A stretch of DNA of 64,000 nucleotides from Antedon mediterranea (taxonomy: Eukaryota; Animalia; Echinodermata), in NCBI RefSeq assembly GCF_964355755.1, contig NC_092670.1, positions 9,538,201 to 9,602,200 of the forward strand, read 5' to 3'. Both the position numbers and the translations under genes were made by a program. Below the pieces are notes generated by a model, which saw nothing but the letters and a program-made list of their open reading frames with translations, was not told where the DNA came from and ran no database searches. Below are positions 53,401 through 64,000 of the stretch, piece by piece (the stretch's first letter is position 1; each line of letters begins with the position of its first letter).

Positions 53401-56400
53401 TAAGCAGGTTATTTAAAACAGTATTAACATAAACAGGTTATTTAAACCAGGTATTCATATCAACAGGTTATAAACCAATATATACTATAGATAAACAGGT
53501 TATGTAGTTCCTCTTGTATGATCTCACCAGTTTTCTATATAAACTAAAACGCTGAAAAGAATTAGAATTTTAGTGAAGGCAGACAAAATGAAAAATAAAT
53601 ACTACAGTATTTTGGAAAACACATACCACTGGCGGAACTGAGTGTTCATCAGGTGATCTGGCCGGACCCGGATGAAAGGTTGACAGCGAGTTTGTGTTTA
53701 AAGAGTCAGCTGGAAACTTTGGAGCAAAGCGCTAAAAAAAAGAAAAAAAAAACCAATGTATTTTATTTTAGCATTTACTGTACAGCATTTTCTCCATTTG
53801 TGTTTTCTTTAAGAACTTTATGGACTACTGTAAGACCACATATTTTATAATAAGTTTAATCAAATAATACATCCATATTTTACTTCGAAAAAAATAACCG
53901 TTATTTTGCATTTTAGCACAACCAGATAAATAAAATCAATCAAGAAATTGTGTTTGGTTTACTGTAATATGGAGCGAGTGTAGAATATTTTTGAGCTTTA
54001 TTTTTTTTAACACCATTTATAATCTCAGTAATTTGAAATGTGTCCCATTTCTGGAGACAAGCAAATAGATGTAACTTAAAATTTAAATATTAAATCAAAT
54101 ATTTCCTTGTAACAGTCTGTAGCAACAATAACAATGTATACAAGGTCTGCTAAACTATCTCAATTGCATATTAATTTGAGTATCTCTAGTTAAATTAGAA
54201 AGCAGTTGGTGATTTAATCAGAATTAATTGATCGACTTATTAATCACTCCATCCCAACATATGTCACCAATCAATGAGTATGACAACAGTGAGATCAGTG
54301 GTGAAGAAATCCTATTGGAAGTATCAAAATCAATATTTATCTGAATATGACTTTAATTTAGCGATTTGGTTGGTGCTTAAATGCTTTCCTAGCTATGTAG
54401 GCTTGCTATCAACATGAAAAGAAAGTATTAACAATACTTTTGGAAATTTAAAAAAATCAATATTTAGTTGAATATGACTTTAATTTGATAGAGCTTTTGC
54501 TTGGATGGTGTTTAAATGCATTGTCAAAGCCGGCAGCCAGGATTTTTACAGCGGTTCGTTTTCTACAAAAGATGGACTACTGTACGCTAGGCCTATTTAT
54601 CATAATTGATACTGATCTCAACACTTCAAATAAAAGAGGAGTTTAATCAAACCCTTGAATCTCTCTTAGTTATGTAGGCTTGGTATCAACATGTATAAAT
54701 TGATGTACCATGTCTGGAGAAGGAGCGTGGATGTTAATAAGTTTAAAGGATGGATAGAAAAAAAAGGACTTTTAGGCAACATTTTCTTACGAGCTTAAGT
54801 CTCTGTCTATATCAGCGTTCTGAAAACTTTTTATTCCGTGTCCCAAAGTCTGGTTCACAGGCCCAACTGCACCAATGTAATAAAACAGTCTTCTAACTCA
54901 GCCCCACCATGGTTGCGGCTGAGGTAAGAAAATATTTAAGAATATGGACCTGTAGGTCATCGAAATTTACATTGTAATTGATTTGGTTTGGAAAGTAAAC
55001 TTGTTCTACAGTAATGATCCATAAATTCAGGGCAGTTCGTGTTTCCCATTTGTAACGCACACTAGCCTGTTACTAAAAAGTTTAAGCCTGACAAAGGTGT
55101 TTATACTGTAGTCTACAAATATATTCACCTTATTCTAATAATAAATTACAAACTTACATCCAACTCCTCCTGTATCTTACTAAAACTGCTGCTAAATGGC
55201 ATATTAAACAGTACAGTATAGTGTTCCTACTGTATGTTTGAGCAAACAAGTGTACCACTACCAATGCTCTCTGTAGCACTGTCTCTCCATCACTTTAGTA
55301 ATAGCTTTATATTATATAGATGACAATATAACAACCATTGTAACATTATTTAAAAGGTTTTATTACTGTATTGTCACTAGTCTAAAAATGAGTTATACAG
55401 TACAGGCACTAAAAAAGGGACACCACCATACTGTAAAGCGTTCCAAATAAGGAAATTACACAATAGAAAAGATTACAAAGGTACTGATAACTGTATTTCT
55501 AAAAAATGCAAAGTCTATATAGGGAAGAATCGGTCAAATAAATCTTATTGTTTAGCATAAAAATGTTCAAAAAGTTAGTAATCAGCAGATTTCCAAAAAT
55601 GCCAGTTTATTTCACTGACATAATCAAAATATATACTATATAAAATATTCAAAAAGATAGTACTTAACAATAGATAAAGAAAACCGGCATGTTTCATTGA
55701 CTGTATGAATTAAAAATGCAATGAAAAATATCCCCATTGAATCTATGTCGTGATAATTCAGGGTTCTCAAGTACTGTACATAATACAGAACGTCAGTAAT
55801 TACTATATTTCATAGATTGAATCTGTACACTAATCTTTACAAACATAAAGTTCAACAAACAGGATGTTGTCATAGTGAATTCTGGGAAAGGGCATTCAAC
55901 ATGTGGTTTTGTCTTGACTCTTTCTGACCTGTCTGAACTAAGGTGAGGTCTCATCATCGTTATGATATAATGGATGTCCGTAGCAATATTCAATATTGAA
56001 CAACCCATAATACATTAAATAATCACTGTATGTCGTTCAATTTGATTAAGCTTCTGATCGGCCTAGTTGCACTTGGGCATGCCCAGGGGCTGATCAGCCA
56101 TTCTACAGTACATGCCTAAAGAACGGACAAATCCTCTATGTACAGAAACCTGTACATTATTCTTTTACCAACAGTCTCCATTTAAAGTAGACTACCATGA
56201 AGGTGACCCTTGACCTAATGCAAAGCAATGGATTTCAATTAATTGTATGGTACATAGATTCACAGAGAAATTCTCCATGGTAAAATACAGGAAGTTCATT
56301 AAAGACCACAATTTCAATGTTCAACAAACTGATACAGTTTTAGATAACAGTGCACAAATGAGGTGTATCTCTAAAGGGCTAGGCTGTTTATGGAAATGGG

Positions 56401-59400
56401 AACATAACAAATTTAATTTAAATACACAGACCGCTTTTCTGATAAATTGGTGCTGCTAAAAACCATTTACATAAATATTGTTGGTGATTGAAAACATCAT
56501 TATTTTCCAATATATGCACTCAGATATCAACAGGTCAAGACAAGGTCAATGGCAGCCATTAAGTAATAAGCATCATTTTGTGTTATAGCTAAACGTTGCA
56601 CAGTGATAATTATTGTATCAGTCATTCAACATTTGTAACAGATTAAGCGTTTTAAGATTTCCATATTATTTATTCGCTCCATATTTAAAGATAAACACTA
56701 ACAAAAAATTACAGTAGGCCTTCTCCTATTTTCAATTATGCTCCTTTGCTTACAGTATATTTACTTGTCTTTTGGCAGGATACTGTACATAAATATTACA
56801 ATTAAAAAATCATAATACAGTAGTATTAAACAGTATACTCTAGAATTCCATTTTTTTATTTGGTTTTTATTTGCTGATTCTGCATTCACAACACAATATT
56901 CTAATCTATTGTGTTACTGTATAATATTAGCATACAAAACAATGTACAAATCATGTGAAGGTTACAAGTACTTTCCTTTTGAATTTATTTAAAAATATCA
57001 TTATAAAAAGATCTTGATTCTAAATGCACCAAATTTACCTTTTTTTAAAACTTTTTGAAATATTTATGACCACAGACCAAAACTCTCTTACCTAATAAAA
57101 TTGGTCAATTTGATGTACTGTAAAACTACATAATCTTCCCAGTATCATAGGCAAATTCTGTACAATGTCACATAAGTATCACATGTTATAGTGTTATCAC
57201 CTAACCTAACACTACCTAACATTACATTATGATTAGCATTATGTAGTCGTCAAAGGTGATACAGTATATTGTGACACTGCAGAATTTTCCGAACACTGCT
57301 GATAATGCATGCAATCGAGAATAGCATGATGTTTACTCATGACTCAGAATTTAACTATTGCGTACCAACGAGCAACGTCACAAAAATCCTAAGAACCAAG
57401 ATCATGAACAATTTCTCCTATTCACAGGTTTGGTGTTTCCACTTCCTTATTTAAACTATTAATGAATAATAATACAAGAGGCACAAATTTCGGGGGCTTT
57501 TTTGGCTCACAAAGAGAAAAAAATTATAATGCAACGCATGTAACTTTTACTTTGTAAAAATATAAGGGCCTGAGGCCTATACATTTTAAAATAAAATCCC
57601 TGAATAGGAAATTTAATTTGGGTCCCAAAAGTGGCTGCTACAGTTAATACTGTGCTACAGTTAATACTGTATAGTATTATAAAATACAATATTTAACAAT
57701 TTAAAAGTTTAATTTACAAAAAAAATCTATTTCTAAATTGAATTTAGTCATTTAATAATGGTATATACTTTAACAATAGTCTGTTCAATTAACACCATTT
57801 TTGCTATCTATCCAAAAATATAATTTTTAAATGTTATAACAGATGGAAAACAAGTAAAATCGGAAGCAGATTTTAGGTGATGACGTACTATCTAGAATCT
57901 TAAACCACAACAGCTGATCATTAATGAAAGATGAAGACCTACTGTACATCATAAATTTATTTTCCAGAAAGGTTTCAAGCTACTACAATGTATACAGTAT
58001 TCATTCAATTTTTAAAAACTGTACTTTCAGTACAGCTCAGAGTTTACAACAAAACATTGACTTAGACTAGATAATAGTTTATATGCTGATTGAAATAATA
58101 ACTTTCATTTTGTATTCAATAACAGTACAGAAATAGCTTAGAAAAATATTAAACATCTACAACTTAGGTGAATTTACAGTACTGATAGAAACAGGGCTCG
58201 AAATTCACACTTAGCAAAGTAGAAATTACTTTATGCTACTAGACAATTGTTGTCAACTACAGTACTTTAAATTTTGGGACAAAACATCATTTTTGGAGGT
58301 TTGCAGGGTTTAGCAATACCCTAATAATATACTTGCTAGTAGATTTTATACAAAGGTTTTCCAGTCACAGATATTAAATTTATAGGCCTGATAAAGGTAC
58401 AATACTGTAGTTTAATGTTTGAAGTGCTGTAATAAGTATATTTGTAATCAAGATAAGGGTATATTAAGGTATCCACTATGTTAGATTTGTAACTGAGACC
58501 ATCTACAAAACTTTATATGTTATTCATACTGTATTTAAAAAAACATGTTTCTTTGTAAATAGTTAGGTTTTATTTGAGATACAGTAGTTCCTGCAGGTAT
58601 AATCTACTAAATGCAGTTTTCGTTTAAAATAAAAAATACTATACTGTATATAGGTCTTTCAATATAATATAATTATTAAAAATAAATTTCTGTACCATAA
58701 GTTCAAATGTTCATAATGTTATAAGTTATTATGTATAATAATAATTTCAATTGAATAACACTAGATATTCCTATTAAAGCTTGTTTGTGGTTACTTCCGG
58801 TCTAATAAATAGAAAAAACACTTCCTGAAACTATTTGTACTAGACTGGCCAATGATCATAACATGTTTTTGCATTGGACAGGGCTTGAAATTGAGGGAAT
58901 ACTGTATATTCTGTGTAAACGTTAATTATTAATCTGTAAATATTAATTAAATATTTTACAGTAAGAGACCAGTTCTTTAGACACGTTATAAATTATGTTT
59001 AAAATTGTTTAATTTAATTGAAAAGAGCACTTTAGGTAAAAGAAAGGTTCATTTGAACCTACCAAGGCAACAAACCACAAACAATGTTTCTCAATATAAT
59101 GCAGATAAATATTCATAGACACATAATTTACTGTTCATAAATTACCAATGCTATCAGCAAGGAAGTCTACTGTACTCTTCCTTTAAGGTAAAGTACTGCA
59201 CAAAAGCTAAACTTACCTTTCTTTTCAGCCAAAATAGTTGTTTCTTCACCAAAAAATTTTGCAGTATGATTATGGAAGATTTTCCACGATCATTTGCTTT
59301 TCATGGCGTACAATTTAGGGTATATTTCGTTACCAAGTGGAAGAAACTTGGCAACAATTATTTGGGCTCTCTATTCTGTAATGGACACAAATTATGCACT

Positions 59401-60082
59401 CTTTCCCTACTGTCGGAACCTGTCACACAGGTAATTATAAAATGATGCCAATTGTCTTCTGGGTGAATGCTATGTATGTGTAGTATGGATAGACAGGTTC
59501 CAGACCTGAGACTGAGTTATCATATTGTATAAGCTCCACTAATTGGTTTGTTGACTTTGGATAAACATAAAAACGATTGCTTACCGTTTTATTCCCGTTA
59601 ACAGGTGAATGAGGTGAGTGCGGTGAACGATCAGTATGCGATGATTCATCCCCTACTGAAGTGCTTCGTTTAAAGTTCATGTACTGAGGTTCGTTCTCCA
59701 CTTTTAAATTGTCAAATACAGGAATTACGTTATCATCATGATCATAGTTATTTCCCTGATTATAGTTACTTCTGTGATTAAAACTCCCTTGATTAAAACG
59801 TGTGTGATTCAAGCTATTTCCATGATTACGCGCATGCATGGGCACTTGATTCCCGAATGATGAAATTCGCTTTGCAATCTTGTCGCCATTACTGTTCGCC
59901 ACTTCCTCCAAGTACGTTGCGGGAAGGTAGACTCCGGATGTGTCGCCCTTTTGTTGTACAAACCACCAATCATCATTGGACTTCTTTATCAGAACAAATT
60001 GATCACCAGGTTGCATTTTCCTGGGTTCTCCATCGCTGGACTTGTATTCATACTCGTATTTGGCCTTCACGTAGTCCACCAT
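32304..60082 (-). CDS. ARHGAP12: Rho GTPase-activating protein, ARHGAP9/12/15/27 family (SH3-WW-PH-RPEL-RhoGAP), 15 coding exons, about 752 aa
   Basis: The exons listed below join in frame through GT-AG introns (2259 nt including stop). Domain order, the overlapped WW segment, the RPEL motif and the arginine finger GIYRLS match this family. Confidence 0.9.
33060..33165 (-). CDS. ARHGAP12: RhoGAP domain exon 3 (LPPCNYATMKLFFEHL)
   Basis: polyT ag| acceptor and |gtaatt donor; 106 nt, phase 1 to 2. Confidence 0.95.
33670..33804 (-). CDS. ARHGAP12: RhoGAP domain exon 2 (DIHVISGALKLFFRELPDPL)
   Basis: LKxFFRELPxPL motif; 135 nt. Confidence 0.95.
34059..34160 (+). repeat. Interspersed repeat; other copy at about 60517-60620
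   Basis: TAGCCATCAGTAC-GTTGGTAAGGTT-CAACCTGACCACTTTTTCACA shared. Confidence 0.85.
34264..34443 (-). CDS. ARHGAP12: RhoGAP domain exon 1 (VFGKRL...IPKFVEACI...GIYRLSAN)
   Basis: Arginine-finger motif; 180 nt, phase 1-1. Confidence 0.95.
35037..35129 (-). CDS. ARHGAP12: RhoGAP RPEL exon (KKKIKNRLYFSILRRPTKTELEKKGILK)
   Basis: RPxxxEL motif; tttatag| acceptor and |gtaaat donor; 93 nt, phase 1-1. Confidence 0.92.
35538..35619 (-). CDS. ARHGAP12: RhoGAP linker exon (SPPGHTIFDEEPSED...ESRK)
   Basis: tttccag| acceptor and |gtaagt donor; 82 nt, phase 0 to 1. Confidence 0.85.
36161..36220. repeat. 16-bp tandem repeat x3.5 (GGTATCTAGGTCAGGT)
   Basis: Directly visible. Confidence 0.9.
36294..36392 (-). 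CDS. ARHGAP12: RhoGAP PH exon 3 (LTSNTGSEVILYSEKSQETDGWHETIKRKISKL)
   Basis: PH C-terminal helix Trp; gttttag| acceptor and |gtgagt donor; 99 nt. Confidence 0.9.
36868..36975 (-). CDS. ARHGAP12: RhoGAP PH exon 2 (GKSGSLGRPESSIALVEATL...KNAFY)
   Basis: tttttacag| acceptor and |gtaagt donor; 108 nt. Confidence 0.9.
37129..37493 (+). mobile_element. Apparently full-length tRNA-derived SINE
   Basis: A box TGGCCGAGCGG near 37144, B box GGTTCGAGGCC near 37210, central GGATAAGGACTATAAACCGTAGG...TAAAGAACCC...AAGAGTAGGG domain, (AAAT)n tail. Confidence 0.8.
37903..38103 (-). CDS. ARHGAP12: RhoGAP PH exon 1 (VEKSGYMFCLRMKD...VYVVLTHSSIVIYKD)
   Basis: PH N-terminal strands; gacag| acceptor and |gtaacg donor; 201 nt. 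Confidence 0.9.
40139..40330 (-). CDS. Candidate alternative first coding exon of the RhoGAP (MEMNGARDD...EEDDEEDEEDD...DDLL)
   Basis: Acidic, protein-like 64-codon ORF ending at TTG|gtatgt in phase 0, compatible with exon 38103. Confidence 0.6.
42303..42488 (-). CDS. ARHGAP12: RhoGAP Ser/Arg-rich linker exon (LSSRRLSENLDD...YAVK)
   Basis: ttttttcaag| acceptor and |gtaaga donor; 186 nt, open, phase 0-0. Confidence 0.85.
42921..43859. mobile_element. Tc1/mariner-type MITE carrying an expanded 14-bp minisatellite
   Basis: TA|CAGTAGAA...TTCTACTG|TA terminal inverted repeats with TA duplication. Confidence 0.8.
42938..43760. repeat. Minisatellite, 14-bp unit GGG(G/T)ACACCATTAA, about 58 copies
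   Basis: Directly visible tandem array. Confidence 0.98.
45788..46120. repeat. Degenerate 17-bp tandem array (GGGYTTCTTTTYAAGAT), probably within a MITE
   Basis: Directly visible; explains overlapping spurious ORFs 45853-46161. Confidence 0.85.
47024..47113 (-). CDS. ARHGAP12: RhoGAP WW exon 2 (WRMSKDDTGKAYFYSENRDTSQWELP)
   Basis: W...YFY...WxxP signature; cttttag| acceptor and |gtaaat donor; 90 nt. Confidence 0.9.
47690..47810 (+). mobile_element. 3' tail of a CR1/L2-type LINE
   Basis: GAGGGCCTC...CACCCTCATTAAA...AATAAAAAA, same layout as the 6119 tail. Confidence 0.45.
48045..48146 (-). CDS. ARHGAP12: RhoGAP WW exon 1 (LLPLGWQKVKDDLGVWYYTHENTTER)
   Basis: LPxGW WW signature; ttttatag| acceptor and |gttagt donor; 102 nt. 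Confidence 0.9.
49000..49072 (-). mobile_element. tRNA-derived SINE head or pseudogene (His-GTG-like anticodon arm)
   Basis: AGTGGTCTAAG A box, TCTGC-ATGTGAA-GCAGA stem-loop, degenerate GTTTGAATC B box. Confidence 0.55.
49835..49955. mobile_element. MITE with AGCTCTGTCTACA termini (PIF/Harbinger-like); second copy at about 44560-44697
   Basis: TAA|GCTCTGTCTACAC...TGTAGACAGGGC|TTTA; shared ATATGGACA-GATGAT-TCATATCA-TACCATATTTGGGCA core. Confidence 0.6.
51992..52093 (-). CDS. ARHGAP12: RhoGAP Arg-rich linker exon (ARINRHAASRRPQRGREYY...RYLE), possibly a cassette
   Basis: tcttcag| acceptor, |gtagaa donor, 102 nt, phase 0-0, open, CpG-rich relative to flanks. Confidence 0.65.
53208..53505. repeat. 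Degenerate about 28-30 bp tandem array (CATAAACAGGTTATTTAAACCAGTATTCA), about 10 copies
   Basis: Directly visible. Confidence 0.9.
53627..53731 (-). CDS. ARHGAP12: RhoGAP linker exon (RFAPKFPADSL...SVPPV)
   Basis: Long polyT tract then ag| acceptor, |gtatgt donor, 105 nt, phase 0-0, open. Confidence 0.8.
56204..56548. promoter_or_regulatory. Intronic nuclear-receptor elements (DR1 and DR5)
   Basis: TGACCCtTGACCT at 56204-56216; AGGTCAagacaAGGTCA at 56532-56548. Confidence 0.4.
57878..57982 (+). repeat. Dispersed duplication of about 100 bp; other copy at 63901-64000
   Basis: GATGACGTACTATCTAGAATCTTAAACCACAACAGCTGATC... identical core. Confidence 0.95.
59585..60082 (-). CDS. ARHGAP12: RhoGAP exon: start plus SH3 domain (MVDYVKAKYEYEY...DDWWFVQ...YLPATYLEE)
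   Basis: SH3 signature; donor ACG|gtaagc, phase 0. Confidence 0.93.
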
Positions 60083-61806
60083 ATTTGCCCGTATTCCACT
60101 GGGTATTCTATTTATAACACTAGGAGTACGCTTTTATGTCATTATTTCACTCAAATACAAAAATCTATTTTTTAAACTATTATTCAACAACTACTGTAAC
60201 AATTGATAGCAAAATCAAACCAAAAAAGAATCAGTATTGTCCAGGGAAATCATTTTCTCAACCTGAAATGAAACAAAAGAAATCAATTTTTAAATATCAG
60301 ATTACTGTACACAAATCAACAGTGGTGTTTGTAGCCCGCAAGTGCGGCTTACCTGGTAAAACCAACAACAGCCCATGCTCTCTCATGGGAGAGCACTGTA
60401 CTGTATGATACAAAAATATAAAGTTCATTGAGCCCCCCTCTGCAACAATGGACTATTGCACCAACCACAACAAAATTACTTTTTAGGTACAGAACACACA
60501 GAAAATTAGTCAAAAATAGCCATCAGTACGGTTGGTAAGGTTTCAACCTGACCACTTTTTCACATGCCTTTGACAACCCAGTGGTTTGAACAGAGAATTT
60601 GTTCCCTTTTTTGCGACAACCACACCACTTCTTGTGGCGATATCGCTGTTGTTGGATAAAAAAAAAAAGAAATTTTCAAGCTCTACCTTAATAATACTCT
60701 ATATTTTAATTATTTCCTTGTGCAGTTTGAATACAAATTATTCAAAATTACAAGTTCATGATAATGTAAACATCACATAAACAATAAACAAACTGATTCG
60801 GTGTTTAATTTATGTAAAATACAATTGAGAAAGTCTATTGAGACAAACTGAATGAAACATGTATTAAAGCCAATAGCCTACAGGTATTATTATTAACTTG
60901 TACCTGGAAAATTGTTGTTTTCCCAGGTACGTATTAAAGATTAGTATTTCAACTCATTTACTATACATAAATTACTGTGCTTACAATACAGTACCATTGT
61001 GACGTGGAATGTTTTCATTTAAAAACTGCAGAATGTTTAATATTAAATAAAGTTACAAAATGTTTATTGACTCCTACTGTAAGGGGTCTGTTTCTGCTGA
61101 AAATAAAAAAAACAAAACATTTTATAAGAAAGCGGTTTTATAACAACGACCATGTTGCGGCTTATTTTTTCCTCAAAATATTGTTTTATCAGTTGTCTGG
61201 TTGGTTGTGTAATGACATCATTATTATCCATAGAAAGTAGTCAAATGTTTGCACCAGTCAATGACCTTCTATAATTAGGTCAAATTGAGACCACAATTTA
61301 AACAAACAAGCTAACAATTGCTCAACAGAAAATGTTTTTTCAAACTTTTTTTTACTAATTTTATGCTATGTGGTACATATCTTACCCTGTCATATAAAAA
61401 ATGTATGTAATGGGTGACATCAGTCTACTAATAGTTGTAACCGCAAAAAGAAGTCCAGTGTGTACAGTACAACCAACCAAAACCCAAAGTATACATGATT
61501 CAAATCACACAAAGGACTTCATATAATAACAATTGTTGTTTATTATATGAACTAAACAACCCATGTATAGTCATCTATTGTGTTTGTGAACATTCAAATG
61601 AGGAAATAGGAAATTATAATACTCCCCTTGCTGTACCCTTCTCTAGCATATTTTGGGGCCAAAAGCGCAAGTGTACAGGTCTGAATTTGCAGTGTCTACA
61701 GTAGTTCATCACACACAAAAATGAAAATGAGTACAGTACATCATTCATAGAGATATTACACTATAATATCTCTATGGTTAAATCATGAGTGTGAAAACAC
61801 CCTTAA

Positions 61807-62437
61807 AGACCCCTTCCTTGCAATTGTGGACGTTTTTTGGAAAATACTACATATATATCACTTTAAAAACATTAAACCATGTCATTCCTTGTCTTAAATG
61901 TACGTTTTATGGTAAATTACTGTATGATAAAAAGTGAGAAACAATGCACTACCTAAGTAGCTCGCGGCGATCGACCTCTCGTGGACGGTCTTAGGCCTAG
62001 CCTAGCTAGGCTTAGTTTTGTAGGCCTAGCTGGTAAACATCGATAACGTACGAACATCGTACGCTAGCTATATACCTAGCCTGACGTTGTATAGTTGCTG
62101 CATTAATTGTCTTTCTATTTTTGCCAGACTCCGTTGATACAAATTGGGGAAAACCCGGTATTTTCGCTGAAAAGTTAGGAGTCTTCCATTTGTTTTGGCT
62201 TCACAATCGATCGAAAAGTGGGCGAATTACAGGTGAAAAACAAAAATATCAATCCGCGTGCAATGCATTTTGGGATTTATAGCGGGCCGCTATAATTATT
62301 AGAATCGATTTATTTTTCACATTTTTAACCGTTTAAAGATGAAAAAAGTTATCGCAATAGGACCATATAGTATTATTTTTACATTAAATATAGTTTGTGA
62401 TCTTAAATTAGATCTAAAAAACGTAGGGAATGGGGCT
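61807..62437. mobile_element. Second TTAA-flanked (Kolobok-like) element; partial copy at about 4054-4384
   Basis: TTAA|AGACCCCTTCC...GGGAATGGGGCT|TTAA; internal TACAAATTGGGGAAAACC...GCTGAAAAGTTA shared with 4054. Confidence 0.6.
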
Positions 62438-64000
62438 TTAAATACCTTACAGGCTTTTTTAAATACTGATTTATTGTCATATGGATTAAGTTTATTCGTC
62501 ATAAATGAATCAATGTAAACATTTGCATAACTAAACATGGTCGTCCTGGAAAATATTTAAAATACTATATTATAACAAACATTATATAAACATACAAAAT
62601 ATTGCAATATCAAAATTACTTATTATGGGGACAAAGTGCCCATTAATAAGGGTGTTACCTGAATAGATAGGGGTGTCCCAAAGGAATGATTTCCCTGTAT
62701 ATTTGTTTTGGTCTGGGTAAAACCACAGATTATCCTTCCTCTCTTATTAGGTCTCTTTTTTATCTTTACAAAAACCCTGATGAAGATCATTTATTAAACT
62801 ACAGTTAATATTAATGTTGAATACAGACAAATTTGAAGATGGCGACGTAATTAATTTGTAAAACTAACAGACATTTAAAATGAAATTGCCAGTCAAATGT
62901 CAAGTAATAATAATTAACATTCAAATCACGTCTTATCCTTACCTCAAGCAGTTGAATACATTCGCAAGTAATTAGTCAAACTCGAAAGCATCCATGTATT
63001 AAAACCCAAAGATTAAACCTGTCGTGCCGTAATAAACTCGGCGTAGAATTTGTCTTACAAATTCTTGTATCAACATCCAAAGCATAGATTGAATGATATA
63101 ATTCAGTCAAGTCACTAATATTGTGTTATTATTAAAATTCAAAAGGCTTTTCAGCACCGACTAAAGCAAACCCAGTGACAACAGCACCTAACTGTGTACA
63201 AATCAGTGAAGCGTGACCAATTGAATAGAAGAGTTATTTTTAAAGCTTCTGCATGGTTTTGTCATTCAATTCAGACGGTTTTATGAATTCCATGGCCAAA
63301 CAGTGGTGAGGCGATGGTATTTTGATTATATTATAACTTAGCCTATTGACACTACTGTATAAGTACAGAAATGGAACTAAAATATGAGGGCTTGAAATTG
63401 CTTCAAAGGAAATGTTGATAGCCTACATATCGCATCACTGGTGGATAAAAGAATTCCTAACATTTTCACTTTTATTATCAATACAGTACAACAGGAGTTT
63501 AAGGTCTTTAATGGTATGGTAGTATATAAAGCCCACAAAGCACAACCTGGTTTAAATTGTTGCATAGGTGTATTACCAAAAGGACTATATGAGTGGGTAC
63601 ACATTTAAAGTGTACTGTGTGTACATAAACTTTACATCAAATAATAAATGGCGTTATAGGTTTGGTTGAATAAGGCCAATTAGGTTCATGGATATTATAT
63701 TAATTGCCTTTAATGAGTTATCAGAAAATGTATAAATATAGTTAGAGGTATGTTCTTATATGTCAGTAGAAATGCCATGTCAGTTTGCACAAAAGTAAAA
63801 AAGAGTCACAGACTGACAACCATAAACTGGAAGAAAGAAGGGGAAGACAAGAGAAGGTGGAGAGATGGAAGACAAGTAATATCATAAGCAGACTTCAGGC
63901 GATGACGTACTATCTAGAATCTTAAACCACAACAGCTGATCATTAATGAAAGATGAAGACCTACATAATAAATGTATTTTCCAGAAAGGTTTCAAGCTAA

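Noticed and set aside
55159-55192. Possible RhoGAP microexon (SFSKIQEELD) with a gtaagt donor
   Set aside because: The available acceptors give 34, 31 or 28 nt, which breaks the phase-0 frame or hits a stop
62775-62800. CTGATGA hammerhead-like box
   Set aside because: No stem II or GAAA partner follows

Overview
AT-rich (about 30% GC by eye), intron-rich animal genomic DNA, probably invertebrate (the repeat style suggests an echinoderm, but this is inference). It is not prokaryotic, and most ORFs in the track are spurious. Two spliced genes can be reconstructed by hand. (1) A clan-2 cytochrome P450 on + (CDS 16103-19722, 496/494 aa). Its K-helix/SRS5 exon is tandemly duplicated (18166-18270 and 18330-18428) and the two copies are only 59 nt apart, which is the signature of mutually exclusive splicing of a substrate-recognition segment. 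This is the top finding. (2) An ARHGAP12/15/27-family RhoGAP on - (15 coding exons, 60082-32304, about 752 aa; SH3-WW-PH-RPEL-RhoGAP) with a candidate internal alternative first exon. Between them is an orphan Pro-rich first exon (26467-26357, -, possibly SMARCD-like) whose start region is locally duplicated. Non-coding DNA contains MITEs (Tc1/mariner-, Kolobok- and PIF-like), tRNA-derived SINEs, LINE tails and MITE-seeded minisatellites. It also has a marked excess of TACAGTA/TACTGTA motifs that look like DNA-transposon excision footprints, perfect DR1/DR5 nuclear-receptor elements, and CTCF-like motifs flanking the P450.
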